64,000 bases of DNA from an uncultured Clostridium sp. (GTDB lineage Bacteria; Bacillota; Clostridia; TANB77; CAG-508). The position numbers and the translations under genes were made by a program. The notes under the pieces were generated by a model. That model saw nothing but the letters and a program-made list of their open reading frames with translations. It was not told where the DNA came from and searched no databases. This document shows positions 18,322 through 27,754 of the stretch, piece by piece; position 1 is the stretch's first letter; each line of letters starts with the position of its first letter. The stretch lies in NCBI GenBank assembly GCA_900554175.1, contig USGK01000001.1, forward strand, positions 47,309 through 111,308, written 5' to 3'.

Positions 18322-18387
18322 TGTAAAATCTTGTCAAAATTAACAGATTGTGATATTATATAGTTTGTGTAAAATTAATATTTTACA
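18322..18387 (+). promoter_or_regulatory. Promoter plus candidate operator of the IscU-like/GGGtGRT operon
   Basis: TTGTCA (18331-18336), 17 nt, TG-n-TATTAT (18351-18359). Inverted repeat TGTAAAAT-TAAT-ATTTTACA at 18368-18387. An extra TGTAAAAT half-site at 18322-18329. Confidence 0.55.
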
Positions 18388-18481
18388 TATAGTGAAAACT
18401 AGGAAATGCAATTAAAAGATAAACTATGCATAAAAATAGCATACGTTTTTCTGTTGTAACTTTTAAAGGAGGAATTAGAAA

Positions 18482-19174
18482 ATGATTTATTCAAAAGAAT
18501 TAGAAAGCATGTGCACTGTAAAAAAAGGTGTAGATCATGGACCTGCACCAATTCCAGAAGAAGGAAAATGGGTTAAAGCAAAAGAAATAAAAGACATATC
18601 AGGTTTAACACATGGTATTGGATGGTGTGCACCACAACAAGGAGCTTGTAAATTAACTTTAAATGTAAAAGATGGAATTATACAAGAAGCATTAATTGAA
18701 ACAGTAGGATGTTCAGGAATGACACATTCAGCTGCTATGGCAGGAGAAATACTAACAGGTAAAACAATTCTAGAAGCATTAAATACAGACTTAGTATGTG
18801 ATGCAATAAATACAGCTATGCGTGAATTGTTCTTACAAATAGTATACGGAAGAACACAAACAGCTTTCTCAGAAGGAGGACTTCCAGTAGGAGCAGGACT
18901 TGAAGATCTAGGAAAAGGACATACAAGTCAAGTTGGAACAATCTATTCTAGTTCATTAAAAGGACCAAGATATTTAAACCTTGCAGAGGGATATATTGTT
19001 GAACTTGGATTAGACAAAGATGATCAAATTATAGGATATAAATATGTTCATTTAGGAAAAATGATGGATAATATTAAAGCAGGAATTGATCCTAAAGAAG
19101 CTATAGAAAAAGCTTCAGGAACTTATGGAAGATTTAATGAAGCAGTTAAGAAAATAGATCCAAGAGAAAATTAA
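18482..19174 (+). CDS. IscU/NifU-N-like iron-sulfur scaffold-domain protein (partner of the GGGtGRT protein)
   Basis: 230 aa. GWCAPQQGACKLTL and VGCSGMTHSAAMAGEILTGKTILEAL resemble the IscU cysteine blocks. Confidence 0.75.
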   Translation: MIYSKELESMCTVKKGVDHGPAPIPEEGKWVKAKEIKDISGLTHGIGWCAPQQGACKLTLNVKDGIIQEALIETVGCSGMTHSAAMAGEILTGKTILEALNTDLVCDAINTAMRELFLQIVYGRTQTAFSEGGLPVGAGLEDLGKGHTSQVGTIYSSSLKGPRYLNLAEGYIVELGLDKDDQIIGYKYVHLGKMMDNIKAGIDPKEAIEKASGTYGRFNEAVKKIDPREN

Positions 19175-19230
19175 TTAAAATAAATTTAATTAATTTGTAA
19201 TAGTATATTTTAAATAGGAGGAATTTTAAA

Positions 19231-20232
19231 ATGGCAGTAACATTTGAAAGTTATGAAAGAAGAATAGACCAAATAAAACCAGTAATGGAAAAATATGGAA
19301 TAAAAGATTTTGAAGACGCATTGAAAATATGCACAGATAAAGGGTTTAATCCTTACGATATAGTAAAAGGAGTTCAACCAATTTGTTTTGAAAATGCAGC
19401 ATGGGCATATACATTAGGAGCAGCAATAGCAATAAAAAAAGGATGTGAGAAAGCATCAGATGCTGCTAAAGCAATTGGAGAAGGATTACAAGCATTTTGT
19501 ATACCAGGTTCAGTTGCAGATGACAGAAAAGTTGGATTAGGACATGGTAATTTAGCATCAATGTTATTATCAGAAGAAACAAAATGTTTTGCATTTTTAG
19601 CAGGACATGAAAGTTTTGCAGCAGCAGAAGGGGCAATAGGTATTGCTAGATCTGCAAATAAAGTAAGAAAAGAACCATTAAGAGTAATTTTAAATGGTCT
19701 TGGAAAAGATGCAGCACAAGTAATATCAAGAATTAATGGATTTACTTATGTAAAAACTGATTTTGATTTCTTTACTGGAAAGGTAAATGTAATAGAAGAA
19801 ATACCATATTCAGATGGTGAAAGAAGTAAAGTTAAATGTTATGGTGCAAATGATGTTAGAGAAGGTGTAGCTATAATGTGGCTTGAAGATGTTGACATTT
19901 CTATAACAGGAAATTCAACAAATCCAACAAGATTCCAACATCCAGTAGCAGGAACATATAAAAAAGAAAGATTAGAAGCAGGTAAAAAATACTTCTCAGT
20001 TGCTTCAGGTGGAGGAACAGGAAGAACATTACATCCAGACAACATGGCAGCAGGACCAGCTTCTTATGGTATGACAGATACTATGGGAAGAATGCATTCG
20101 GATGCACAATTTGCAGGAAGTTCATCAGTTCCAGCACATGTTGAAATGATGGGATTAATTGGAATGGGTAACAATCCAATGGTTGGTGCTACTGTTGCAG
20201 TTGCAGTTGCAGTAGAAGAAGCTATGAAATAG
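19231..20232 (+). CDS. GGGtGRT-family protein (uncharacterised function)
   Basis: 333 aa. Carries the eponymous motif SVASGGGTGRTLHPDN, then MTDTMGRMHSDAQFAGSSSVPAHVEMMG. Confidence 0.85.
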   Translation: MAVTFESYERRIDQIKPVMEKYGIKDFEDALKICTDKGFNPYDIVKGVQPICFENAAWAYTLGAAIAIKKGCEKASDAAKAIGEGLQAFCIPGSVADDRKVGLGHGNLASMLLSEETKCFAFLAGHESFAAAEGAIGIARSANKVRKEPLRVILNGLGKDAAQVISRINGFTYVKTDFDFFTGKVNVIEEIPYSDGERSKVKCYGANDVREGVAIMWLEDVDISITGNSTNPTRFQHPVAGTYKKERLEAGKKYFSVASGGGTGRTLHPDNMAAGPASYGMTDTMGRMHSDAQFAGSSSVPAHVEMMGLIGMGNNPMVGATVAVAVAVEEAMK

Positions 20233-20279
20233 TTGATAATACTCAATTACAGTAATTTTATATAATATTAAAAAGAAAC

Positions 20280-20330
20280 GTGGACAAATACCAAAATACG
20301 GTTTTGTCCATTTGAATTTTTTATTATTTT
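20280..20330. terminator. Terminator between convergent genes
   Basis: TGGACAAA / TTTGTCCA stem, followed by TTTGAATTTTTT. Confidence 0.6.
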
Positions 20331-20381
20331 TTCTTATTTTATCTATTAGTTGATAATATATTTACTGTGGTAACCTTCAAA

Positions 20382-20864
20382 CTATTCTTCTTCAAATAAT
20401 AAATCATATCCAGAATCAGAGTAAAATTCATAAGTACCATTTTTGAATTGAAGTAGAGAGCCTTCTTTAGCTAAATTTAAAAGGCTTTTTGGTAGTTCTT
20501 TTTCTTCAAATTCATGTTCAGGTTTATCGGTAAAATCCCACAAATAAATTTTTCCATTCAAATCTGATGTAACCAAATATAGATGGCCTTCAATCCTGTC
20601 TAGATTTTGTTCCAATTTATGTGATTGCTTTAAATTTAGCTGATTATTATTTTCAGTCTTTTGAGAATTAATATAATTTGAATTAGATAAAGGTTCTTTA
20701 AGTTTATTTTTAGAATTATTTTCATTTATAATTTCTTTGTTTATTTTTTCTTCATTATGAATCTTTTTTGAATTGTTATTTAAGAAATTTGTTAAATCTT
20801 GAATTAAATCTTCTACTATATCATTGGATTCATTATTTTCACTTTTAAATATATTTAGTTCCAT
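20382..20864 (-). CDS. Hypothetical protein (160 aa), N/K/E-rich low-complexity N-terminal half
   Basis: SD AAAGGAA upstream. The C-terminal half looks globular (HLYLVTSDLNGKIYLWDF). No family recognised. Confidence 0.5.
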   Translation of the reverse strand: MELNIFKSENNESNDIVEDLIQDLTNFLNNNSKKIHNEEKINKEIINENNSKNKLKEPLSNSNYINSQKTENNNQLNLKQSHKLEQNLDRIEGHLYLVTSDLNGKIYLWDFTDKPEHEFEEKELPKSLLNLAKEGSLLQFKNGTYEFYSDSGYDLLFEEE

Positions 20865-21065
20865 TTTAAATTCCTTTCATATGAGTATATCTAAAATTAT
20901 TTTTTATATTACAGAGTTTAGTTAATATGAATAGTTATATATATTATACTATATTTTTTTAAAAAGTCTGTCGAAATTTTAGAAATGGATTATTTATTTT
21001 TTAAAAATATTGAAAATGATTAGAAAATAGTATATAATAAGAGCATTATTGGTAAAGGAGAGGTA

Positions 21066-22508
21066 ATGAAATTGAAAAATAATGAATTTGTTAAAGAAAT
21101 TACAAATATAGATGAAGATTTTGCAAGGTGGTATACAGATATTGTATTAAAAGCAGAACTTGCAGATTATACAGATACAAAAGGATGTATTGCAATAAGA
21201 CCATATGGATATGCTATATGGGAAAATATACAAAATTATATGGACAAAGAGTTTAAAAAAACAGGAGTAAAAAATACATACTTTCCTGTATTAATACCAG
21301 AGAGCTTATTACAAAAAGAAAAGGATCATGTTGAAGGTTTTGCACCAGAAGTAGCATGGGTTACAAATGCAGGTGGAGAAGATTTAGAAGAAAAATTATG
21401 TATAAGACCTACTTCAGAGACTATTATAACTACAATGTATTCAAAATGGCTATCATCATGGAGAGAGTTGCCTTTTGTATACAACCAATGGTGTAATGTT
21501 TTAAGATGGGAAAAAGAAACAAGACCATTTTTACGTTCAAGAGAATTTTTATGGCAAGAAGGTCATACAATACATGAAACAGCAAAAGAAGCACAGGAAA
21601 GAACCTTACAAATGTTAGATATATATGCCGATGTTGTAGAAAATCTCTTAGCAATACCAGTAATAAAAGGAATAAAAACTGAATCAGAAAAATTTGCTGG
21701 AGCAGATGAAACATATACAATTGAAACTATGACTTATGATGGAAAAGCATTACAATCAGGAACTTCACATTATTTTGGACAAAACTTTACAAGACCATTT
21801 AATGTAACATTCCAAAATAGAGAAGGAAAACAAGAATATGCTTATCAAACATCATGGGGATCTTCAACAAGATTAATTGGAGCATTAATAATGGCACATG
21901 GAGATAATAGAGGACTCAAATTACCACCTAGAGTAGCTCCAATACAAGCCGTTATTGTTCCAATAGCAATTCATAAAGAAGGAGTAAAAGAAAAAGCTCA
22001 AGAAATATATATGCAGTTAAAAAATAATTATAGAATCGAATTAGATGATAGAGAAAAAGTATCAGTAGGATATAAATTTAACGACTGGGAAATGAGAGGT
22101 ATTCCATTAAGAATAGAAATGGGACCAAAAGATATAGAAAATGGAGTTTGTGTTTTGGTTAGAAGAGATACAAACGAAAAAGTAGAAGTAAAAATAGAAG
22201 AACTTGAAAGTAAAATCGGAGAGATTTTAGAAAAAATTCAACAAAATATGTTTGATGAATGCAAAAAGAGAATGGAACAAAAAACAACAATAGCACATAA
22301 CTTAGAAGAATTTCAGGAAAATATGAATAAAGAACAGGGATTTATAAAGGCAATGTGGTGCGGAGATACGGCATGTGAAGAAAAAATAAAAGAGCTTACT
22401 GCTGCTAAATCAAGATGTATGCCTTTTGTTCAAGAAAATATAGATGATAAATGTGTTGTTTGCGGAAAGAAAGCATATAAAATGGTAGTTTGGGGAAGAC
22501 AATATTAA
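21066..22508 (+). CDS. proS: Proline--tRNA ligase (archaeal/eukaryote-like type, no INS editing domain)
   Basis: 480 aa. FARWYTDIVLKAELADY, IRPTSET, WCNVLRWE, FLWQEGHT, SHYFGQNF, WGSSTRLIGA, C-terminal Zn-type CGDTACEEK...CVVCGK. Confidence 0.95.
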   Translation: MKLKNNEFVKEITNIDEDFARWYTDIVLKAELADYTDTKGCIAIRPYGYAIWENIQNYMDKEFKKTGVKNTYFPVLIPESLLQKEKDHVEGFAPEVAWVTNAGGEDLEEKLCIRPTSETIITTMYSKWLSSWRELPFVYNQWCNVLRWEKETRPFLRSREFLWQEGHTIHETAKEAQERTLQMLDIYADVVENLLAIPVIKGIKTESEKFAGADETYTIETMTYDGKALQSGTSHYFGQNFTRPFNVTFQNREGKQEYAYQTSWGSSTRLIGALIMAHGDNRGLKLPPRVAPIQAVIVPIAIHKEGVKEKAQEIYMQLKNNYRIELDDREKVSVGYKFNDWEMRGIPLRIEMGPKDIENGVCVLVRRDTNEKVEVKIEELESKIGEILEKIQQNMFDECKKRMEQKTTIAHNLEEFQENMNKEQGFIKAMWCGDTACEEKIKELTAAKSRCMPFVQENIDDKCVVCGKKAYKMVVWGRQY

Positions 22509-22514
22509 CAAAGA

Positions 22515-22550
22515 AAAGATGCTAATTGTAATGGTATTAGCATCTTTTTG
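22515..22550 (+). terminator. Intrinsic terminator after proS
   Basis: AAAGATGCTAAT / ATTAGCATCTTT, then TTTG. Confidence 0.85.
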
Positions 22551-22623
22551 TATAACATATTAATTATCCTTGACATAAAGTATTAAATGCTATAAAATTA
22601 GTACAATTAAAAGGAGATAAAAC

Positions 22624-23991
22624 ATGGAAATAAAGAAAAATCAAGAGTACATTGTAGAAATAATAGACAATGGCTGTGAAGGAGAAGGAATTACAAAAAT
22701 AAATGGATTTACAGTATTTGTTCCTGGAGCTATTAAAGGAGAAAAAATTAAAATTTTAATTGTAAAAGTATTAAAATCACATGCATATGGTAAAATACTA
22801 GAAATAGTGAAGAAATCAAGTTATAGAACAGAACAAGACTGCAGTACATATAAAAGATGTGGAGGATGTAATTTAAGGCATATTGATTATGAATACACAT
22901 TAAATATTAAGCAAAATATGGTTCAAAATTTAGTTGATAAGAATTTAAGAGAAAAGATAAAAACTAAATTAACATGGGCTATGGGAAATCCATATTATTA
23001 TAGAAATAAGCTCCAATATCCAATAGGAGTTGATAAAAATAGCAATCCAATTGTAGGTGTATTTGCGAGCAGAACTCATGAAATAATTCCAGTTAAAGAA
23101 TGTTTAATTCAAGATAGAGAAGCCACAGAAATTTCTAAATATATTGCAAATCTTATAGGAAAGTATAAATTATCTGTTTATAATGAAAATACTAATAAAG
23201 GACTATTTAGACATATAGTTATAAAAACAGGATTTAGATCAGGAGAAAGAATGGTAATTTTAGTTGTAAATGGAGAAAAAATACCTTTTGCAAGAGAAAT
23301 ATCAAGTTCTTTACAAGAAAAATATCCGTCTATCTCAAGTGTGGTTTTAAATGTGAACAAGAAAAAAACAAATGTCATTTTAGGCGAAAAGAACATAAAT
23401 ATAGTTGGAAATGGATACATTGAAGATCAACTAGGAGAATTTACATTTAAGATTTCACCACTGTCATTTTATCAGGTAAACCCTGTTCAAGCAGAAGCTT
23501 TATATAATATTGCAATTGAAAACACAGGTATTACAAAAAATGATGTTGTATTTGACCTATATTGTGGAATAGGAACAATTTCTTTGTTTGCTTCAAAATT
23601 TGCTAAAAAAGTTCATGGGATTGAGATTGTTGAACAAGCAATAGAAGATGCTAAATGTAATGCGAAGATAAATAATATTGATAACACTGAATTTATTGCA
23701 GGTGATGCTGAGGTAATTTTGAATGACTTGATTGAAAATAAAAAAATTATTCCGGATATTGTTATTGTTGATCCTCCAAGAAAAGGCTTGGATATTAATA
23801 CTATTAACAATATTTTGAAAATTTGTCCAAAGAAGGTTACATATATTAGTTGTAACCCTGCAACTTTAGTTAGAGATTTGAAGTTGTTAGAGGAAAAATA
23901 TGATGTTAAAATGATTCAACCTGTTGATATGTTTCCTTTTACAAGCCATGTGGAGTGTGTATCAGTGCTAGAACTAAAACAAGACATGTAA
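22624..23991 (+). CDS. rlmD: 23S rRNA (uracil-C5)-methyltransferase, RlmD/RumA family (TRAM + 4Fe-4S + SAM-MTase)
   Basis: 455 aa. TRAM N-terminus, CSTYKRCGGCNLRH cluster, FYQVNP, DLYCGIGTISL, DPPRKG, SCNPATLVRD. Confidence 0.9.
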   Translation: MEIKKNQEYIVEIIDNGCEGEGITKINGFTVFVPGAIKGEKIKILIVKVLKSHAYGKILEIVKKSSYRTEQDCSTYKRCGGCNLRHIDYEYTLNIKQNMVQNLVDKNLREKIKTKLTWAMGNPYYYRNKLQYPIGVDKNSNPIVGVFASRTHEIIPVKECLIQDREATEISKYIANLIGKYKLSVYNENTNKGLFRHIVIKTGFRSGERMVILVVNGEKIPFAREISSSLQEKYPSISSVVLNVNKKKTNVILGEKNINIVGNGYIEDQLGEFTFKISPLSFYQVNPVQAEALYNIAIENTGITKNDVVFDLYCGIGTISLFASKFAKKVHGIEIVEQAIEDAKCNAKINNIDNTEFIAGDAEVILNDLIENKKIIPDIVIVDPPRKGLDINTINNILKICPKKVTYISCNPATLVRDLKLLEEKYDVKMIQPVDMFPFTSHVECVSVLELKQDM

Positions 23992-24492
23992 TACTTGATT
24001 TTGATATGGTTTCAGAGATTATAACTTTTGAACAAAAAGGCAGATTCGGAAAAGAAAAACATCAAAATTTGAGTGTGAAAGTTAAAGTAATTGCTTAAGT
24101 GGTAAGTGGAAACACATAAATTAATTTTTTGAAAATAGAACAAAGTGCTTGAAATACTAGAGAATTTGAGGATGTATCTACTGTGGGCACAACAGGTATA
24201 ACTTCTATTGTTTTGTAGATATGAGGGAAAGTTAAACGATGTTATTATATAATACAAATATTAGAATAAATGTGGCTTGTTAATATATGTTTCTATGAAA
24301 TATTTGATAACTAAATCATATCAAAAATGGCAAAAGAAAAATTTAGAAAAGTTGTTGAACTAACAAAGGTATTAGAAAAACAAATTTCTTAAATATCCTA
24401 GTTGAAAATGAAAAAATAGAACTTTAAATGTAATTTATAAATGCTAATAAATTAGAGTATTTTTAAAATATTAATATGTAATGGGGGATAAT

Positions 24493-24987
24493 ATGAACTT
24501 TAGAAAATATAAAAAAGAAGATGCTAAAGAAATACTAAGTTGGATAGAAAATGAAAGAGAATTTAGATTATGGAGTGCAAATAGATATGAAAATTATCCT
24601 GCTTTGCCTTCAGATATAAATAATAATTATTTAGAGTGTCAAAAAACATCAAATTTTTATCCTTTTACATTAGAAGACGATGGAAAAATCATTGCACATT
24701 TAATATTAAGAAATCCAGGAGAAAATCCAGAGATAATTCGATTAGGATTTATTATAGTAAACAAGAAAATAAGAGGAAAAGGTTATGGAAAAAAAATAAT
24801 TAAAGAAGCAATTGAATATGCTAAAGAAAAATTAGGTGCAAAAGAAATAAGCTTAGGTGTTTTTATCGTTAATGATAGAGCTTTTAAATGCTATAAATCG
24901 GTTGGATTCAATGTAGTTAATATAGAAAAAAATTCATATCAATTTTATGATGAACAATGGGATTGCGCAGAAATGATTTTAAAATAA
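24493..24987 (+). CDS. GNAT-family N-acetyltransferase
   Basis: Start moved to the ATG at 24493 (GGGGG SD). Acetyl-CoA motif VNKKIRGKGYGKKIIKEAIEYA. Confidence 0.8.
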   Translation: MNFRKYKKEDAKEILSWIENEREFRLWSANRYENYPALPSDINNNYLECQKTSNFYPFTLEDDGKIIAHLILRNPGENPEIIRLGFIIVNKKIRGKGYGKKIIKEAIEYAKEKLGAKEISLGVFIVNDRAFKCYKSVGFNVVNIEKNSYQFYDEQWDCAEMILK

Positions 24988-25029
24988 GTTGGCAAAGACT
25001 TTAGTATAAATATGAAAGGAAAAATAAAA

Positions 25030-25788
25030 ATGAGTAATGAGATTGATTTTTATAATAGAATCAAAGATTGGGATTTTAGTGACATAAAAATAGAAGAAGA
25101 AAATTTTACTAATTGGGATATGTACAAAATTTTAAATGAGCAATCTAAAAAAAGCGATTATATATTAGATTTAGGAACTGGGGGAGGAGAAAAAGTATTA
25201 GAATTTTTTCCTAATGTTACTAAAATAATAGGCACAGACTTGTCAGAAGAAATGATTAAAACAGCGTATCATAATTTAGAAAAAAGTAAAAAATATAATA
25301 TTGAATTTAAAATTATGAACAATTTAAAAATAACTTTTCCTAATGATTATTTTAATATAGTTGTAGCTAGACATACTTGTATAGATGCTAAACAAATATA
25401 TAATGTCCTAAAAGAAGGTGGATTATTACTATTAAGAGGAGTAGATAAGCTTGACTGTTGGGAGTTAAAAAAATTATATGGTAAAGGACAAGCATATAAA
25501 GATTTAAAACCAATTAGTCAAATAGATTATGAAAATATTCTTGATGCAGGATTTAAAAATGTTGAATTAGTGCCTATACATATAAAGGAATATTATAAAA
25601 CAAAAGATGATTTAATTGCTCTTTTGTTAAAAACTCCAATATTGCAAGAATTTTCAAAGGAAGAAAATTCTAAAAGTTTAAATGAAAAATTAGACTTTTC
25701 AATATTGGATAAATATATAGAAAATCATAAAACAAATAAAGGAATTTTATTAATAAGAAGATATTATGGAATAACAGCTTACAAATAA
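25030..25788 (+). CDS. Class I SAM-dependent methyltransferase
   Basis: Motif I ILDLGTGGGEKV, post-I GTDLSEEM, motif II-like VVARH. Confidence 0.8.
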   Translation: MSNEIDFYNRIKDWDFSDIKIEEENFTNWDMYKILNEQSKKSDYILDLGTGGGEKVLEFFPNVTKIIGTDLSEEMIKTAYHNLEKSKKYNIEFKIMNNLKITFPNDYFNIVVARHTCIDAKQIYNVLKEGGLLLLRGVDKLDCWELKKLYGKGQAYKDLKPISQIDYENILDAGFKNVELVPIHIKEYYKTKDDLIALLLKTPILQEFSKEENSKSLNEKLDFSILDKYIENHKTNKGILLIRRYYGITAYK

Positions 25789-26079
25789 GTTAAGAATTAG
25801 TAGTAGTAATTGTGTATGCTTTAAAAAAATTGAAGAAAATACAAAGCACATGTATGAGTGATTAAAAGACACTTATATATGTGCTTTTAGTATGCAAAAA
25901 GAAGAATATTAAAAGATTACAAAATTTTATAATTTCAATTTACTTTTTGCTAAAAAAATGATATAAAATTATTACATTTTATCTCTAGGCGAAATGAAAA
26001 AGTTAGAACAAAATAAATATTTAAAGGAAATTAGCAATTGGGGAGAAATATATATAGATATAAAGGAGATGGAAAGCAA

Positions 26080-26610
26080 ATGAGAATATTAATAGGAACA
26101 ATAAATCCGGGAAAAATAGAAGGAGCAAAACAAGCATTTGAAAAATATTTTGAAAATATAGAAATAGAGGGAATAGCTGTAAATTCAGATGTAGGAGATC
26201 AACCTATAAATGAAGAAATAATTCAAGGAGCTAAAAATAGAGTTAAAAATTTAAAAGAATATGCAAAAAATAATAATATAAAAGCTGATTATTTTATATC
26301 AAGTGAAGCAGGAATTACAAATTTGCTAGGAGAATGGATTGATATAAATGCAGTAGTTGTAGAAGATTCAAAAGGATATCAAAGTGTTGGAATAAGTCAA
26401 GGTTTTCCAATTCCAGATAAATACATAGAAGAAATTAAAGCAACAGAACTTGGAAAAGTTATGGATAAAATATTTGATGGAAAAGAATTAAGTAAAGGAA
26501 AAGGTGGAATAAGTTTCCTAACAAAAGATGAAGTAACAAGAATAGACTTAACAAAAAATGCTTTTATAATGGCACTAACAAAACATATTAATGGAGATAT
26601 ATGGAAATAA
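26080..26610 (+). CDS. DUF84/YjjX-like inosine/xanthosine triphosphatase
   Basis: Start at the ATG at 26080 (AAAGGAG SD). MRILIGTINPGKIEGAKQAF, SSEAGI. Confidence 0.75.
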   Translation: MRILIGTINPGKIEGAKQAFEKYFENIEIEGIAVNSDVGDQPINEEIIQGAKNRVKNLKEYAKNNNIKADYFISSEAGITNLLGEWIDINAVVVEDSKGYQSVGISQGFPIPDKYIEEIKATELGKVMDKIFDGKELSKGKGGISFLTKDEVTRIDLTKNAFIMALTKHINGDIWK

Positions 26611-26664
26611 AGATATAGAGTATTTTTAAGTTAAAAAGATTTATTAAACTAAAGAGGTTCTATT

Positions 26665-27711
26665 ATGGAAAATGAAATAAAACAAATAATTCAAAATGCA
26701 CAAAAATTAAGAAACGAAGGCTATTCTGATAAAAAATTAGCAGAGTTTGTACATATTGAATTAGGAAAATTAATTATATATAATAATAATTATAGTATTG
26801 GATTTGAATACGATTTAAGTCAAAATTTTGATGGACCAAAAAGTAAATCAAGCGAAATTAGACAATCAAAAATATTGTCAGAAAAATCTAGTATACAATC
26901 AAGAGAACAAGTTTGTAAAGGAATGGCCGAAATATATACAGCAATACTTACTAAGATTGGAATAGATGCAAAAGTAGTTGCTGTTCAATATAAAGAAGAT
27001 GTTGAAGGAGAAATAAGAGAAAATGGCTCTGTTATTGATGTCCCAGGAATTTATGATGCAAGTTTTGATTCTGATTATGAAATTCAATTAGGTAAAAATG
27101 AGAAGAGTAATGATAATTCTATTGGACATTATTATACCATTGTAAAACTTGATGATGGAGAATTTGTTCAAGATTTATTGACAGAAAAAGCTTTAACAAG
27201 AATAAAAATAGGTGAAGCTCAGTTGGGCAAAGATTTACCAGGATTTCATAGAAAAGAAGAGCATAGAGAAAAGACAAATTCGCAAGTTTGTAAAATATTT
27301 CTAGAATATACTGAAAGGATCCAAGAAGAAATGTGTAAATATATGAAAGGCAAAGATGATTCAAAAATTTTTGATTTTGTATTTGAAAAATTAAAAAAGC
27401 ATATTAAGGATTTTGGATTTGAAGAGGCAAAGGATTTTGTTATGATGTATGCACAAAGTATTATTCCAAGAGAAATGATAAAAGAAACTCCAATTCCCAT
27501 AAATTTGGTACAAGAAGATGAAGAAAATTGTAAAATTCTTTGCATTTATAGATATAAGGATAATAATTATCTATTAAGGGGAGGTCAAACTGGAAATGAT
27601 TTGCCAATAGGGAAAATTAGTACCGAAGAAATTGAAAGAGTCATTTCAAAAGGATTTGTGCCAAGAAAATTAAGTGATGCGAAAAAGATGGAAGAAATGA
27701 AAAAACAGTAA
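26665..27711 (+). CDS. Hypothetical protein, possible transglutaminase-like cysteine-peptidase fold
   Basis: QVCKGMAEIYTAILTKIGIDAKVV followed by GHYYTIVKLDDGEFVQDL fits a C...H...D transglutaminase-core pattern. Recognition by eye only. Confidence 0.55.
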   Translation: MENEIKQIIQNAQKLRNEGYSDKKLAEFVHIELGKLIIYNNNYSIGFEYDLSQNFDGPKSKSSEIRQSKILSEKSSIQSREQVCKGMAEIYTAILTKIGIDAKVVAVQYKEDVEGEIRENGSVIDVPGIYDASFDSDYEIQLGKNEKSNDNSIGHYYTIVKLDDGEFVQDLLTEKALTRIKIGEAQLGKDLPGFHRKEEHREKTNSQVCKIFLEYTERIQEEMCKYMKGKDDSKIFDFVFEKLKKHIKDFGFEEAKDFVMMYAQSIIPREMIKETPIPINLVQEDEENCKILCIYRYKDNNYLLRGGQTGNDLPIGKISTEEIERVISKGFVPRKLSDAKKMEEMKKQ

Positions 27712-27746
27712 AAAACAAAGCTGGTTTTTTCAGCTTTGTTTTTAAA
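27711..27746. terminator. Bidirectional terminator
   Basis: AAAACAAAGCTG / CAGCTTTGTTTT. Confidence 0.85.
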
Positions 27747-27754
27747 TAATATCA

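Noticed and set aside
20865-21065. Possible T-box leader upstream of proS
   Set aside because: There is no T-box core (AATTAGGGTGGTACCGCG-like), no specifier-loop architecture and no terminator. The region is only 200 nt and contains a simple TTGAAA-17-TATAAT promoter close to the SD.
24326-24391. 21-codon ORF MAKEKFRKVVELTKVLEKQIS in the rlmD-GNAT gap
   Set aside because: It has no SD and no support beyond being open. It is mentioned only in the gap finding.
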